A stretch of 64,000 bases of DNA from Octopus sinensis (GCF_006345805.1 NC_043012.1:8308001-8372000), one strand, 5' to 3'; shown: positions 24,227-37,407, numbered from the stretch's first letter. Notes: generated by a model from the letters alone, not told the origin. Numbers and translations: made by a program.

Positions 24227-24268
24227 GTGTATGTATGTATGTATGTATGTATGTATGTATGTATGTAT

Positions 24269-24580
24269 GTGATCACGTGATCACGTGACCGACCAGACCA
24301 TCAGATGTTGCTACACATCGCTGGTCACAATGCGTTCGCATTGTTTTTTAGCCTTTGAATGACGCCACCCCGCTGGCTAAGCGAGCAGGCCAACAGACGA
24401 AAGAGTGGGAGAAAGAGTGGTGAAAGAGTACAGCAGGGATCACCACCCCCTGCCGGAGCGTCGTGGAGCTTTTAGGTGTTTTCGCTCAATAAATACACAC
24501 AACGCCCGGTCTGGGAATCGAAACCGCGATACTACGACCGCGAGTCCGCTACCCTAACCACTGGGCCATTGCGCCTCCAC
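24269..24580 (-). mobile_element. SINE-C head with alternative tail (C2) ending in (GTGATCAC)n
   Basis: The first ~165 nt match 8660-9043; the remainder is unrelated. Confidence 0.85.
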
Positions 24581-24601
24581 ATGTATGTATGTATGTATAT
24601 T

Positions 24602-24920
24602 GTGAAGGCACATGGCTTAGTGGTTAGGGTGTTCGGCTCACGATCGCATGGTCGTGAGTTCAATTCCCGGCTATACGTTGTGTCCTTGAGCAAGACACTT
24701 TATTTCACGTCCACTCAGCTGGCACAAATGAGTAGTACTTGCAATGCAAAGGGCCACCCTTGTCACATCTTGTGTCACACTGAATCTCCCCCGAGAACTA
24801 CGTTAAGAGCACGCGTGTCTGCGGAATGCTCAGCCACATGCTCGTAAATTTCACAAGCACGATGTTCCGTTGATCTGATCAACTGGAACCCTCATCATCG
24901 TCGTAACCGACGGAGTACCA
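24602..24920 (+). mobile_element. SINE-D (different tRNA head, CORE-like GTGTCCTTGAGCAAGACACTT) carrying the SINE-C tail 1
   Basis: The 3' half TGTCAC..CCCGAGAACTACGTTAAG..TTCCGTTGATC.GATCAAC.GGAACCCTC..GTAACCGACGGAGT is shared with SINE-C. Confidence 0.85.
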
Positions 24921-25084
24921 GTGATAGTGGGGGGTGGGGTATGTATATTGTATATAAGTGTAGTTTCTTGTATGTGAATATGAAAACACGTGTGTGTGTC
25001 TGTTCGTGTTTTCCCTAAACACATGAAACCCAAAGATGCTGAATCCGAACATGACGCACACTAATGAAAGTAATCTGGAGTAAT

Positions 25085-25600
25085 GTGATCACCACCATCA
25101 CCACACCACTACCACCACCACCACCACCACCGCAGTCATTATCACCATCACCATCAACACCTTTAAAAACTCAACTACCACCGTGACCACCATCACAATG
25201 ATAACCACTTCAAGTGATTGCATTTGTTGCTTTTTAAGTAGCAGTAGTGAGTGTGGTGGTGGCGGTGGTAGTAGTGAGTGTGGTGGTGGTGGTTGTAGTG
25301 GTGGTGGTGGTGGTGTGTAGTGGTGGTGGTGGTGGTAGTAGTGAGTGTGGTGGTGGTGGTGGTTGTAGTGGTGGTGGTGGTGGTGGTGGTTGTAGTGGTG
25401 GTAGTGGTGGTAGTGGTGGTAGTAGTGAGTGTGGTGGTGGTTGTAGTGAGTGTGTGGTGTTGGTGGTTGTAGTGGTGGTAGTGGTGGTAGTAGTGAGTGT
25501 GGTGGTGGTTGTAGTGGTGGTGGTAGTAGTGAGTGTGGTGTTGGTGGTTGTAGTGGTGGTGCTGGTGGTAGTAGTGAGTGTGGTGGTGGTGGTAGTTTGA
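25085..25600. repeat. (CAC)n then (GGT/AGT)n trinucleotide array with higher-order unit
   Basis: Recurrent agtagtgagtgtggtggtggttgtagtggt unit. Confidence 0.9.
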
Positions 25601-26377
25601 AAAATTTCTCTGCCATTTCTAGCTTAGAAAGAATCCTTTCCCGTTGGTCCCGAGGTCGGGGCGAAGAGAGAGAGTGATAGGGGGGGGGACAAAGCGAGCA
25701 AAGAGAGAGAGAGAGAGTAGCAGGAGGGGAGAGGGTTAGAAGGAGAAACGTGGGGGAGGGAGGGAGGGAGGAATTATGAACACCGAGCTGACCCCTACGT
25801 CTTTTTTAGTTTTTGTTTGTTGAGGAGAAGAAGAAACATATCGTTGTCACCTTGACAACCACCTTTAGAGCGAGGGGAGCAGGAGGAGAAGGTGGAGGAG
25901 GTGGTGGTGTTGGTGGTGACGAGAGGAGGAGGAGGAGGAGGAGGAGGAGAAAAAGAAGAAGACGACTCTATTGACTCGCCTACCAGCGTGGGTTTGTCTG
26001 ATCCCTATATTCTCGTCCTGTTCCTTCTTTCTCCCTCCACTTTTTTTTGCTGTCTGCTCTATAATTACCAACAGGAACCCAAGATCTGTGATAATAAGGG
26101 TTTCTGGTGGCTGCTTTGGAAAGAGGGTGACGGGGGGGGAGGAGGAGGAGAAAGTAAGAGTAAGAGTGTGGGGGGGGAGGATAAAGCGAGAAGTAAAACG
26201 TCACAAGTTTGGCAGGAGAAAACAGAAAGCTTTGTAGCGTTTAAAAAAAAACAGCACTGGTACACACACACACACATGCACACAAACACACACACGCATG
26301 CACACGCATGCACACACATGCACACTCTTACACACACACACACATACACACACATGCACACTCTTACACACACACAA

Positions 26378-26618
26378 TATTCTTTTATTCTTTTATTCTT
26401 TTACTTGTTTCAGTCATTTGACTGCGGCCATGCTGGAGCACCGCCTTAAAACGCTTTTTTTAGTCGAAGAAATCGACTCCAGGACGGCTTATTCTTTTTG
26501 TAAACCTATTATTTATTCTATCGGTCTGCTTTGCCGAACCGCTATGTTACGGGGACGTAAACGCACCAACATCGGTTGTCAAGCGATGGAGATGGGAGGG
26601 GGGACAAACACCGACACA
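26378..26618 (-). mobile_element. SINE-B 3' half
   Basis: Right module and tail in reverse orientation; abuts the MITE. Confidence 0.88.
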
Positions 26619-26626
26619 CAAATATG

Positions 26627-27031
26627 GTTTGAACGGCAGATTTTTCTAGCGGTGTCATATGATCGATACTAGTTATGACCCTAGTATCGATCTATTGCCT
26701 TTCAGTCTGTTTTAGGGTTAGGGTTAGGGTTAGGGGTGGGGGAAGGGTATCTTTTTTTCTTCAGAAATGTAAATAAACCCAATCTGTTTCTTAAACGAGG
26801 GACATTTTCATACGGCACAGAATGTTTTCAGCTCAATAGACGTCATTGATTGGTTGAAATTGCAGAAATTGAAGAAAAAAACAACAAATATCTTACAAAC
26901 CATAGGATTTTCTCAATAAAGCCAAGAGAAAAAGATGTTTTATAAACACATTCTACCAGTATACGAAGTTTAAAAGTGTTTAGTTACGTGGAAATTATTT
27001 TAAAAAACTGACGGTCAAACCGAAAAGATCC
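26627..27031 (+). mobile_element. GGATC-TIR MITE copy 2 (left TIR partly deleted)
   Basis: Body matches copy 1; flanks caaatatg (26619-26626) and caaatgtg (27032-27039) fit an 8-bp TSD. Confidence 0.88.
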
Positions 27032-27442
27032 CAAATGTGTAGAAGTAATAGCTTCTCCTATACTTTTACAGGTGTAATAACTTGTGCTGTACTTTTCCAG
27101 GTTTATAATCTTAAGAATATGACAATTCATGTTCGCATTTTTCCATGTAATCCATGATTTTTCCAGACATTGCTGTTATAAGATAATCAATGTGTCGATT
27201 AATAATTTAAGATTTTACCTTATAAAATACTGAAAGATAATATTTCAATTTTTCCATGTAAGTGATAATAATATTTCAATTTTTTTCATGTTTAATTAGC
27301 TTTATGTTGTAATTGTATTATGTGATATTACCCATCCACATCAAAAATTAATGGTAGGGACTAATGGTAGGGAATATTATTTGGCAGACTTATATATATA
27401 TATATATATTATATATATATATATATAATATATATATATATA

Positions 27443-27678
27443 TGCGTGTGTGTGTTTGTGTGTCTGTGTTGTCCCCCTAGCATTGCTTGACAACCGATGC
27501 TGGTGTGTTTATGTCCCCATGTCCCCGTTACTTAGCGATTCGGCAAAAGCGACCGATAGAATAAGTACTGGGCTTACCAAAAGAATAAGTCCCGGGGTCG
27601 AGTTGCTCGATTAAAGGCGGTGCTCCAGCATGGCCGCAGTCAAATGACTGAAACAAGTAAAAGCGTAAAGAGAGAGTA
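27443..27678 (+). mobile_element. SINE-B 3' half
   Basis: Right module following a (TA)n tract. Confidence 0.88.
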
Positions 27679-27681
27679 AAG

Positions 27682-27723
<42 letters not shown>

Positions 27724-28162
27724 TTGTCAAGCATGACACATATAAATGTTTTGTTTCGGTTGTGTGTATCTCGTGCCAGTCACCGTGGAAATGAATTGCA
27801 AAAAAAAAAAAAATGCGACCGAGCCCCGTTTTAGTTTTACATACTTTGTCACATTCCACAAATATGAGACATTCTTCCGGCGTACATTCATCATAATGAA
27901 CACCCTGTGCTCAGTTTCACTACCAGGTTAGACTCCTTTAGATCATATACCAAGCTAGATTCTTTTCTCCACCACCACAAAGGTAATAGAGCTAGTGTAC
28001 TAACCCTACCCCTTAAATATTTGCGTCCCGTTACTTTTTTGGCCCTCAAACATATTTTTGAATTCAAACTGATTGTTCTTCTCCAGTTTGGCAGCATTTC
28101 ATGCTTTTGACACCCTATTCAGTCTGCTTTTGATATTCAAGCTGACGATATTCTGATATTCT

Positions 28163-28392
28163 GCGGCGAACTGGCAGAAACGTTAGCACGCCAGGCGAAA
28201 TGCGTAGCCGTATTTCGTCTGCCGCTACCTTCTGAGTTCAAATTCTGCTGAGGTCGACTTTGCCTTTCATCCTTTCGGGGTCGATTAAATAAGTACCAGT
28301 TACACACTGGGGTCGATATAATCGACTTAATCCGTTTGTCTGTCCTTGTTTGTCCTCTCTGTATTTAGCCCCTTGTGGGTAGTAAAGAAATA
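28163..28392 (+). mobile_element. SINE-A, full length
   Basis: Head, central GGTCGACTTTGCCTTTCATCCTTTCGGGGTCGATTAAATAAGTACCAG and tail GTAAAGAAATAG. Confidence 0.92.
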
Positions 28393-28601
28393 GATATTCA
28401 AGTACAAAACCAGCTTTCTGGACACGAATGTATTGGAACCTCTTATAACTCGTACCAATTTTCGAGCAGAAGCTTAAAATTCCTGCAGCTGCCAGACTAA
28501 TTTACTGTTACCTTGCACAGACTAATACTTCATACAGTACTGTACCAATAAACTTGTATCATTTACACTAATGTGCAGGTACCTGTATTTCATTTGATTA
28601 T

Positions 28602-29016
28602 GGCGTAGGGGTGGCTGTATGGTAATTAGCTTGCTTTCCAATCACATGGTTCTGGGTTCAGTCCCACTGCGTGGCACCTTGGGCAAGTGTCTTCTACTAT
28701 AGCCTCGGGCCGACCAAAGCCTTGTGAGTGGATTTGGTAGACGGAAACTGAAAGAAGCTAGTCGTATATATGTATGTATATATATATGTGCGTGTATATG
28801 TTTGTGTGTCCGTGTTTGTCAACCCCCCCACACACACACAACATCGCTTGACAACCGATGCTGGCATGTTTACGTCCCCGTAACTTAGCGGTTCGGCAAG
28901 AGAGACCGATAGAATAAGTACTAGGCTTACAAAGAATAAGTACTTTGCTCGACTAAAGGCGGTGCTCCAGCATGGCCACAGTCAAATGACTGAAACAATT
29001 GAAAGAGTAAAAGAGT
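28602..29016 (+). mobile_element. SINE-B, near full length
   Basis: Both modules and the internal microsatellite are present. Confidence 0.9.
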
Positions 29017-29139
29017 AAGTGGACTGGGGCAGCATGAAATAAAATGTCATACTCATGGACACAACGTATCGCCGAGAATCGAACTCACGACCTTACGATC
29101 GTAAGGCGAATACCCTTACTACTAAGCCACGCGCATTCA
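29017..29139 (-). mobile_element. SINE-D head fragment
   Basis: Reverse complement of GAATGCGCGTGGCTTAGTAGTAAGGGTATTCG..GTGAGTTCGATTCTC..GTGTCCATGAG. Confidence 0.7.
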
Positions 29140-29224
29140 TTAGAAGGTACAGTTCGCCTAAATTTCACCTAAATTTCAATCGGTATCGATCACCTAAATA
29201 TCAATAGAAACCTCCGGAAAATAT

Positions 29225-29400
29225 CTATTTCTTTACTACCCACAAGGGCCTAAACACAGACGGGACAAACAAGGACAGACACGGATTAAGTCTATTACAT
29301 CGACCCCAGTGCGTAATTGGTGCTTAATTTATCGACCCCGAAAGGATGAAAGGCAAAGTCGACCTCGACGGAATTTGAACTCAGAACGTAACGGCAGACG
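29225..29400 (-). mobile_element. SINE-A, 5'-truncated, with 16-bp TSD
   Basis: AACCTCCGGAAAATAT at 29209-29224 and 29401-29416. Confidence 0.9.
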
Positions 29401-29506
29401 AACCTCCGGAAAATATAGTTCACCTAACAGTAAATTGGAACCACAGGAAGGCAATATTTAGCTAGCCGTAAACGTGTACCACGAGGTGGTAGAGTTCACC
29501 AACATA

Positions 29507-29744
29507 ATATATTTCTTTATTGCCCACAAGGGGCTAAACATAGAGGGGACAAACAAGGACAGACAAAGGGATTAAGTCTATTACATCGACCCCAGTGCGT
29601 AATTGGTGCTTAATTTATCGACCCCGAAAGGATGAAAGGCAAAGTCGACCTCGGCGGAACTTGAACTCACAACGTAACGGTAGACGAAATACGGTTACGC
29701 ATTTCGCCCGGCGTGCTAACGTTTCTGCCAGCTCGCCGCCTTCA
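29507..29744 (-). mobile_element. SINE-A, full length, with 14-bp TSD
   Basis: AGTTCACCAACATA at 29493-29506 and 29745-29758. Confidence 0.92.
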
Positions 29745-30156
29745 AGTTCACCAACATATAAATAAGTGACATAGTTTGCTAGGGTTCATTTAGCTGTGGA
29801 GAGGTAACCTTGGATGGGAAGGTTCACCTAGCTGCAAATAGCCATCATAGAGAGTACAATGCGGTTAGATGTCAGCAGATACCATGAGCAGGTTATAGAT
29901 CATTTAGAAGACAATAGTGAGACCATGCGGATGTATTTGCTATTGCTGTTAAGCAGTGGAAGCACTGTAAAACAATCGAGTGTTTTTATCTAAGAGTTAA
30001 GTTGTTATTGAAGGAGTAGGGTATATCGATCACGTGTTAAATTCTACCCCACCCCACCCCACCCCATCGCCGCTGCTCCCGCCTACGCGCCCGCAGCTGC
30101 TGCTGCTACTACTGCAACCACCACCACCACCACCACAACTACTACTACTCCTCCTC

Positions 30157-30214
<58 letters not shown>

Positions 30215-30275
30215 AGTTACTACTACTATTACTGCTGCTACTACTACTACTACCACCACCACCACCACCACCACC

Positions 30276-30289
<14 letters not shown>

Positions 30290-30323
<34 letters not shown>

Positions 30324-30374
30324 ACTACTACTCAACTACTACTACTGCTACTATTACTACTGCTGCTGCTGCTG

Positions 30375-30412
<38 letters not shown>

Positions 30413-30496
30413 GAAGGTAGGCAAATAGCTCTGCGTGAGTCGGTCTGTATGTTTATGTGTATGTATGCAATAATTTTTTATGTATGTCTACCTATT

Positions 30497-30592
<96 letters not shown>

Positions 30593-31212
30593 CGTATGCA
30601 TCCTTATCTTTCTCACACAAACACACATACATCTGTATATATGTATGTGTGTGTGTGTGTGTAGCTGCTGATGACGATTGGTCCTTATATAAAGCCTCCG
30701 TTGCAATGACGGGTGAGCACTTCCCCTCAGCCTACTCCTCACCCTAACCCTCCTCCTCCCACCATTATGTAAACAATAATTCTTCCCGTAATTACTCTAA
30801 ATCACAATTAAATTGACATCACTCTTGCTTTAATGGTGATAATTTTGTGTGACTTACCTACGTCAAACCACCACCACCTCACCCATTACCACCGCCTCCT
30901 CCGCCACCACCACCACCACACACCACCACCACACCACACCACCACCATTCCACCATCAACACAACCACCTTCACCACTGCCACCTGTTCATACGTAGCGG
31001 CGACAGCAGAGAGACAACAGGAGGAAAAGGAGGAGGAGAAGGAGGAGGCATGGGACGAGGGGAGGAGTGGGAGGAGTTTCCACGTGATTCGGTAGTAAAA
31101 AAACAGAAAAAGAACCAAAGACAAAATACACAGACCCCACACATACACACCCGCCCCCCGTTGTCACCGCAAGAACCACCACCACCACCACCCCACCACC
31201 ACCACCACCACC

Positions 31213-31260
<48 letters not shown>

Positions 31261-31312
31261 ACTACTACTCAACTACTACTACTGCTACTATTACTACTGC
31301 TGCTGCTGCTTG

Positions 31313-31350
<38 letters not shown>

Positions 31351-31439
31351 GAAGGTAGGCAAATAGCTCTGCGTGAGTCGGTCTGTATGTTTATGTGTAT
31401 GTATGCAATAATTTTTTATGTATGTCTACCTATTTCTTT

Positions 31440-31476
<37 letters not shown>

Positions 31477-31481
31477 ATCTC

Positions 31482-31532
<51 letters not shown>

Positions 31533-32150
31533 CGTATGCATCCTTATCTTTCTCACACAAACACACATACATCTGTATATATGTATGTGTGTGTGTGTGT
31601 GTAGCTGCTGATGACGATTGGTCCTTATATAAAGCCTCCGTTGCAATGACGGGTGAGCACTTCCCCCTCAGCCTACTCCTCACCCTAACCCTCCTCCTCC
31701 CACCATTATGTAAACAATAATTCTTCCCGTAATTACTCTAAATCACAATTAAATTGACATCACTCTTGCTTTAATGGTGATAATTTTGTGTGACTTACCT
31801 ACGTCCAACCACCACCACCTCACCCATTACCACCGCCTCCTCCGCCACCACCACCACCACCACCACCACCACCACCACCACCACCACCATTCCCACCATC
31901 AACACAACCACCTTCACCACTGCCACCTGTTCATACGTAGCGGCGACAGCAGAGACAACAGGAGGAAAAGGAGGAGGAGAAGGAGGAGGCATGGGACGAG
32001 GGGAGGAGTGGGAGGAGGTTTCCACGTGATTCGGTAGTAAAATAAACAGAAAAAGAACCAAAGACAAAATACACAGACCCCACACATACACACCCGCCCC
32101 ACCGTTGTCACCGCAAGAACCACCACCACCACCACCACCACCACCACCGC
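30290..32150. repeat. ~940-bp direct tandem duplication of microsatellite-rich DNA
   Basis: gaaggtaggcaaatagctctgcgtgagtcgg occurs at ~30413 and ~31350. Unique parts are near identical; differences are mostly repeat lengths and single-base indels. Confidence 0.92.
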
Positions 32151-32269
32151 TGCCACCATCATAGCAACAACAACAATGAAAATAGTAAATTATTGCTTTT
32201 GACTTAAGCACAAGGTCTAAAATTTTGTACAGTCAATTACATTATTAACCCACTACACGACTGATACTT

Positions 32270-32830
32270 TATTCTACCAACCCTTTCAGTTTCCCGTCTA
32301 CCAAATCCACTCACAAGGCTTTGGGCGGCCCAAGGTTATACTAGAAGACACTTGCCCCAGGTGCCACGCAGTGGGACTGAACTCGGATCTTTTCGGCTTG
32401 AACGGCAGTTTTTTCTAGCGGTGTCATATGAAATTGTCACCCATAATTATGACCCTAGTATCGATCTATTGCATTTCAATCTGTTTTAGGGTTAGGGTTA
32501 GGGGTGGGGGAAGGGTATCTTTTTTTTCTTCACAAATGTAAATAAACCCAATCTGTTTCTTAAATGAGGGACATATTCATACGGCACAGAATGTTTTTTA
32601 CCTCAATGGACGGTCAGTGATTGGTTGAAATTGCAGAAATTGAAGAAAAAAAAACAACAAATATCTTACAAACTATAGAATTTTCTCGATAAAGCCAAGA
32701 GAAAAAGATGTTTTATAAACACATTCTACCAGTATACGAAGTTTAAAATTTTTTAGTTACCAAGAAATTATGTTAGAAACTGCCGTTCAAACCGAAAAGA
32801 TCCCTGAACTCAGAACCATGTGATTGGGAA
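32270..32830 (-). mobile_element. SINE-B 5' half interrupted by MITE
   Basis: tttcagtttcccgtctacc..gtgggactgaactc | insert | ctgaactcagaaccatgtg. Confidence 0.85.
32385..32803 (+). mobile_element. GGATC-TIR MITE copy 3 with perfect 8-bp TSD
   Basis: TSD CTGAACTC at 32377-32384 and 32804-32811; both TIRs are present. Confidence 0.93.
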
Positions 32831-33178
32831 GGGAGTACGGGAGCAATCAGCAAAATATTGTGTTTCTGGTGCAGTATAATATATAATATATAATATATCA
32901 GTGATGCCATATCATATCTTCGCAGTACAATACTAGTGTAATAACAACATCAATGCAGTATAGAACCAATAAAGTTTAATATCAATAGAATATAAACCCA
33001 ATATAATACGGCATCTATGAAGTATTAAGATCAATATACAATAATATCGATACAATAAACCATCAATACACCATGACATCAAAACAGTCCTGTATCAATA
33101 AAACCCATCAAACATGGTGGCCAGATTAAATAGACGTGAAATATGGTTTAATGGTTTGTGTATGTATGTATGTGTATG

Positions 33179-33210
<32 letters not shown>

Positions 33211-34094
33211 TGTATGTGTGTATGTACGTATGTATATGTGTGTGTGTGTTCATATATATGTGTGTGTGTGTACATATATATGTGTGTGTGTATATGTATG
33301 TGCATGTGCGTATGTGTGTATGTATGTGTATAGTAGGTATGCATTCGTATGTATCTATGTGTGTGTGTCTCTATGTATTTGCATGTATTTATGTATATGT
33401 ATGTATATATACATAATAGAGATAACTCAGCGAAGCCAGCGACCGATATTTAGAGAAAAAAGACGAATAAAATTATATTAAATACCATACAAGTGTAATC
33501 CTTAATTTACCGAAATTATTTTCGCTTCCTGAGAAGCTAAGAATATAATCTGATGGAAATTGCCACTAACTCCGAATGAGGAAAGGCAATCTCACGAATC
33601 AGGAATTGACATGTCATAAATGAAAAAAAAAAACAAAAAACAAAACAAAAATAGCCTGTTTGTCAAAAGATAGGAGGGGAGCTATGAGCGCTTATTTCTA
33701 CCTCAGTAAGCATCATCAGCACAGCAGCTGTTTCTATCTTGACTGCAGCAGACAAAAAAATTAGATATATATACAAAAAAAAAGTTGGGAACTGTTATTA
33801 CCTAGAATAATTGGAGGAAGTAAAATAAAAATGAGTCGAGAGAAATTACTTGGAGTCCATGGCATACGTTTGGACAATAATGACAGATAAAGGTATACCT
33901 TACAAGATAAATTCATAATGTATTAAAATTATCTTTACTATATACATATGTGTGTGTGTGTGTGTATATGAATATATATATTTGTGTGTATATATATATA
34001 CATACTACATACATATATGTGTGTGTGTATAGTATGTATATGTATATACACACAAAATATATTCATATCTATATACCTATATACATATTACATA

Positions 34095-34165
<71 letters not shown>

Positions 34166-35089
34166 CCACACACACCATACATACATACATACATATATGT
34201 ATATATATATATATAATATATATATATAATATTATATTATATACACACCAAACTCGGATATCAAAGATAATTTCAATTAATCAGGAATCCACACACACAT
34301 TTGTATATGTGCGCAAATACGTACGTAAAGATGAAAATTAAATATTTGTGTGCAAAACACATTATTAAGTATTAAAAACAAAAGTACCAAAACAATATAT
34401 AACACATAAAGACTTCTGAAATAGTTTCAGACGAGAGAACACAGAGGAAAACCGAAAATCGAAACATGGCGGATATTTTAATGATGGCGGAGACTTTCTG
34501 ATCGTTTGGTGTTTTCATGACTGAAATTTAATTACAATAACCATATTGAAGAAATATTTCACTGATACTTGTCTGTAACAACATGATCTAGTGTTTCCTT
34601 CCGAAATTTTTGTTTTGTCTTGTTCTTAAATATCAGCTTGAAGATTAAAGATTATTCCTTTTCATCTTGCAAAGCTGTCATCATCCATTATTATGACTAT
34701 TGATCATCTCATTCGGCTATGTAGGAAACTAGCTATTGCAGGGAGGAAGGAGTGACTGTAATCGATTAAATTAAGATCATTATCTTGTTCGTACTTATTG
34801 TTTAGCCCTTGGAAGTGAAAACCGGTTCTGATTTTTGGACAGTAAGGCAGCGGATGCAAAAAGAGACAATTATCTCAACGTTAACTTACAAGATTTTAAT
34901 GTAAGGAGAATATTTATTATAGAGTAAATCATTAATTCGAGGGAGAAAACAGCAACAAGTCAATTTGACGGGACATGAATCACAACATAACAATTACGGG
35001 TTTAACATCATTGAAGATTTTTCACAACATTGCAGCATCGCTTTACTATTCAGTTTCTTAAAGTAAGAACTGTGAATGGATTCATAGAT

Positions 35090-35171
35090 AGGTTGGTAGA
35101 TAGAAATGTAGATAGACAGGTAGATAGACACTCAAACAGACAGATAGATTGATAGATAGATAGATAGTAGT

Positions 35172-35202
<31 letters not shown>

Positions 35203-35203
35203 G

Positions 35204-35250
<47 letters not shown>

Positions 35251-35314
35251 GTGATAGATAGATATAGGATAGATAGATAGATAGATAGATATAGATAGGT
35301 AGATAGATAGATAG

Positions 35315-35345
<31 letters not shown>

Positions 35346-35346
35346 G

Positions 35347-35377
<31 letters not shown>

Positions 35378-35460
35378 GAGATAGATAGATAGATAGATAG
35401 ACAGACTGACGGAAAGACAGACAGGCAGACAGACAAGTTGGCTGGTAAACAGACAGACAG
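35090..35460. repeat. (GATA)n/(GACA)n microsatellite
   Basis: Direct reading. Confidence 0.95.
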
Positions 35461-35464
35461 ACAA

Positions 35465-35830
35465 TTAGCGGTATTTCGTCTGCCGTTACGTTCTGAGTTC
35501 AAATTCCGCCGAGGTCGACTGTGCCTTTCATCCTTTCGGGGTCGATTAAATAAGTACCAGTTATGCACTGGGGTCGATATAATCGACAATTCGTTAGTCT
35601 GTTCTTGTTTGTCCTCTGTGTTTAGCCTCTTGAGGGTAGTAAAGAAATAGGTATTTCGTCTGTCTTTACGTTCAGAGTTCAAATTCCGCCGAGGTTGACT
35701 TAGCCTTTCATCCTTTCGGGGTCGATAAATTAAGTACCAGTTGTGTACTGAAGTCGATGTAATCGACTTCATCCGTTTGTCTGTCCTTTTTTGTTCCGTC
35801 TATGTTTAGCCCCTTGTGGGCAATAAAGAA
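35465..35830 (+). mobile_element. Head-to-tail SINE-A dimer (both units 5'-truncated)
   Basis: Junction gtagtaaagaaatag|gtatttcgtctg at ~35650. Confidence 0.9.
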
Positions 35831-35882
35831 ACAAGATAGATATTTAAAAATAACCTTAAATACCCACCAATTATTGTTTCAG

Positions 35883-35940
35883 CAGAGAAATTTTTGGATG
35901 AAGTTTTACGTTTCTGGGAAATGAATTCCTTAAAAACCAG
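35883..35940 (+). other. Candidate 58-nt exon (unverified)
   Basis: Acceptor ttattgtttcAG and donor CAG|GTAACA; only one frame is open (EKFLDEVLRFWEMNSLKT). No partner exon or protein family is recognised. Confidence 0.25.
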
Positions 35941-36409
35941 GTAACATATTCTTAACAGATAACAAGCACCCACATACAGTGAACTAAGGCATTATCAAAT
36001 ATGGCGAAACAAAGCAGGAAGTGGCGAGGCATTGTTTCAAAGGGAGAGAGATCAACAACGGACTTCTAAGGAAAATTATTCAAGTAAAAGAAAATCGTAT
36101 AAGATGTAGACAAGGAGTAGACTAAGCCGGTTTATATAACTCACAAAGTTACGTTGAAGAGGAATACAGACGAATAAACCAGACGAATGTCATAATACAT
36201 CTATGTATAGAAGCTATAATGTAAACACGTCGTTAATCAAAGAAAACCAAACGTAAGTAAATACACAGGAAACACCCAGACATACAAATATAGGACGGCA
36301 ACGGAAATACAATAATTTACAAACATATGCAAATATATTTCTGTATTTGAATAAGTGAAAAGGTAAATATATATGTATATACAAAAATACATGCATTCAT
36401 AGAATTCAC

Positions 36410-36557
36410 AGATGCATGTGTGTGTGTGTGAATGTGTGTGTGCGCGCGTGCGTGCGTCTGTGTATACATGCATACATACATATACATATGTATTTTAGAT
36501 AGAAAGTTATATATATATATATGTATATGCATAAACATATACAAACATATTTACATA

Positions 36558-36600
<43 letters not shown>

Positions 36601-36965
36601 ATATATATACTATATATCTATATATATATATACAGACACATGCTCATACACACACACACACACACATATATACATATACATACATATATCACACACAATA
36701 CATGCTTACATATGTACATACAAGCATACTCACGCACGTACCTATATACATGCATACATACACACACATACATACCCACATACATATGTACATACATGCA
36801 TACATACATACGTATATACATTTATACATATACACATATATACATCCATACATACATACATACAGGCATCCATACATACATACATACATACATGCACATA
36901 CATACATACATACATACATACATACATACATACATACATACATACATACATGCATACATACATAT
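36410..36965. repeat. Compound (TA)/(CA)/(CATA)n microsatellite
   Basis: Direct reading. Confidence 0.95.
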
Positions 36966-37189
36966 AGGGGCTGCTTTCTTGTATACGAGCAAAGCCATTG
37001 ATAGAAAGGGTCATTGAAATGAGTCATTGATAATGCAATGCAAGGCCCTTCTATCACTGTTGAACCCCACCCCGCCAAAAATTTGCCCATTTTATTGCAT
37101 AATACACAGTTGTATATCAGATATATCACATTTCTAAGAATTTCTGTTGACTGAATAAGTTATAATCGAAAACAATGATAACAATAATC

Positions 37190-37407
37190 CTTTCCACTAT
37201 AAAGAGGCACAAGGCCTGATATCTTGGGGGTGGGGTCAGCTCTAGTCGATTACATCGTCTCCAGGTTTCAGCTGGTATTTATTTTATTAAACCCCCGAAA
37301 GGATGGACGGTAAAGTTAGTCTCGACGGAATTTGAACTAGAACGTAATGTCCGACAAAAACGCTGCTAAATATTTTGTGCTAACGATTCTGCTAGCTCGC
37401 TGCCTTG
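37190..37407 (-). mobile_element. SINE-A' (A head and core, different tail), diverged
   Basis: Head and core are alignable to SINE-A; the tail (..AGGCCTTGTGCCT..TAGTGGAAAGG) matches the copies at 60888-61420. Confidence 0.7.

Noticed and set aside
25098-25677. Pro-, Gly/Ser- or His-rich ORFs here and at 30030-30414, 37347-37859 and 50302-50844
   Set aside because: They are trinucleotide repeat translations open on both strands.
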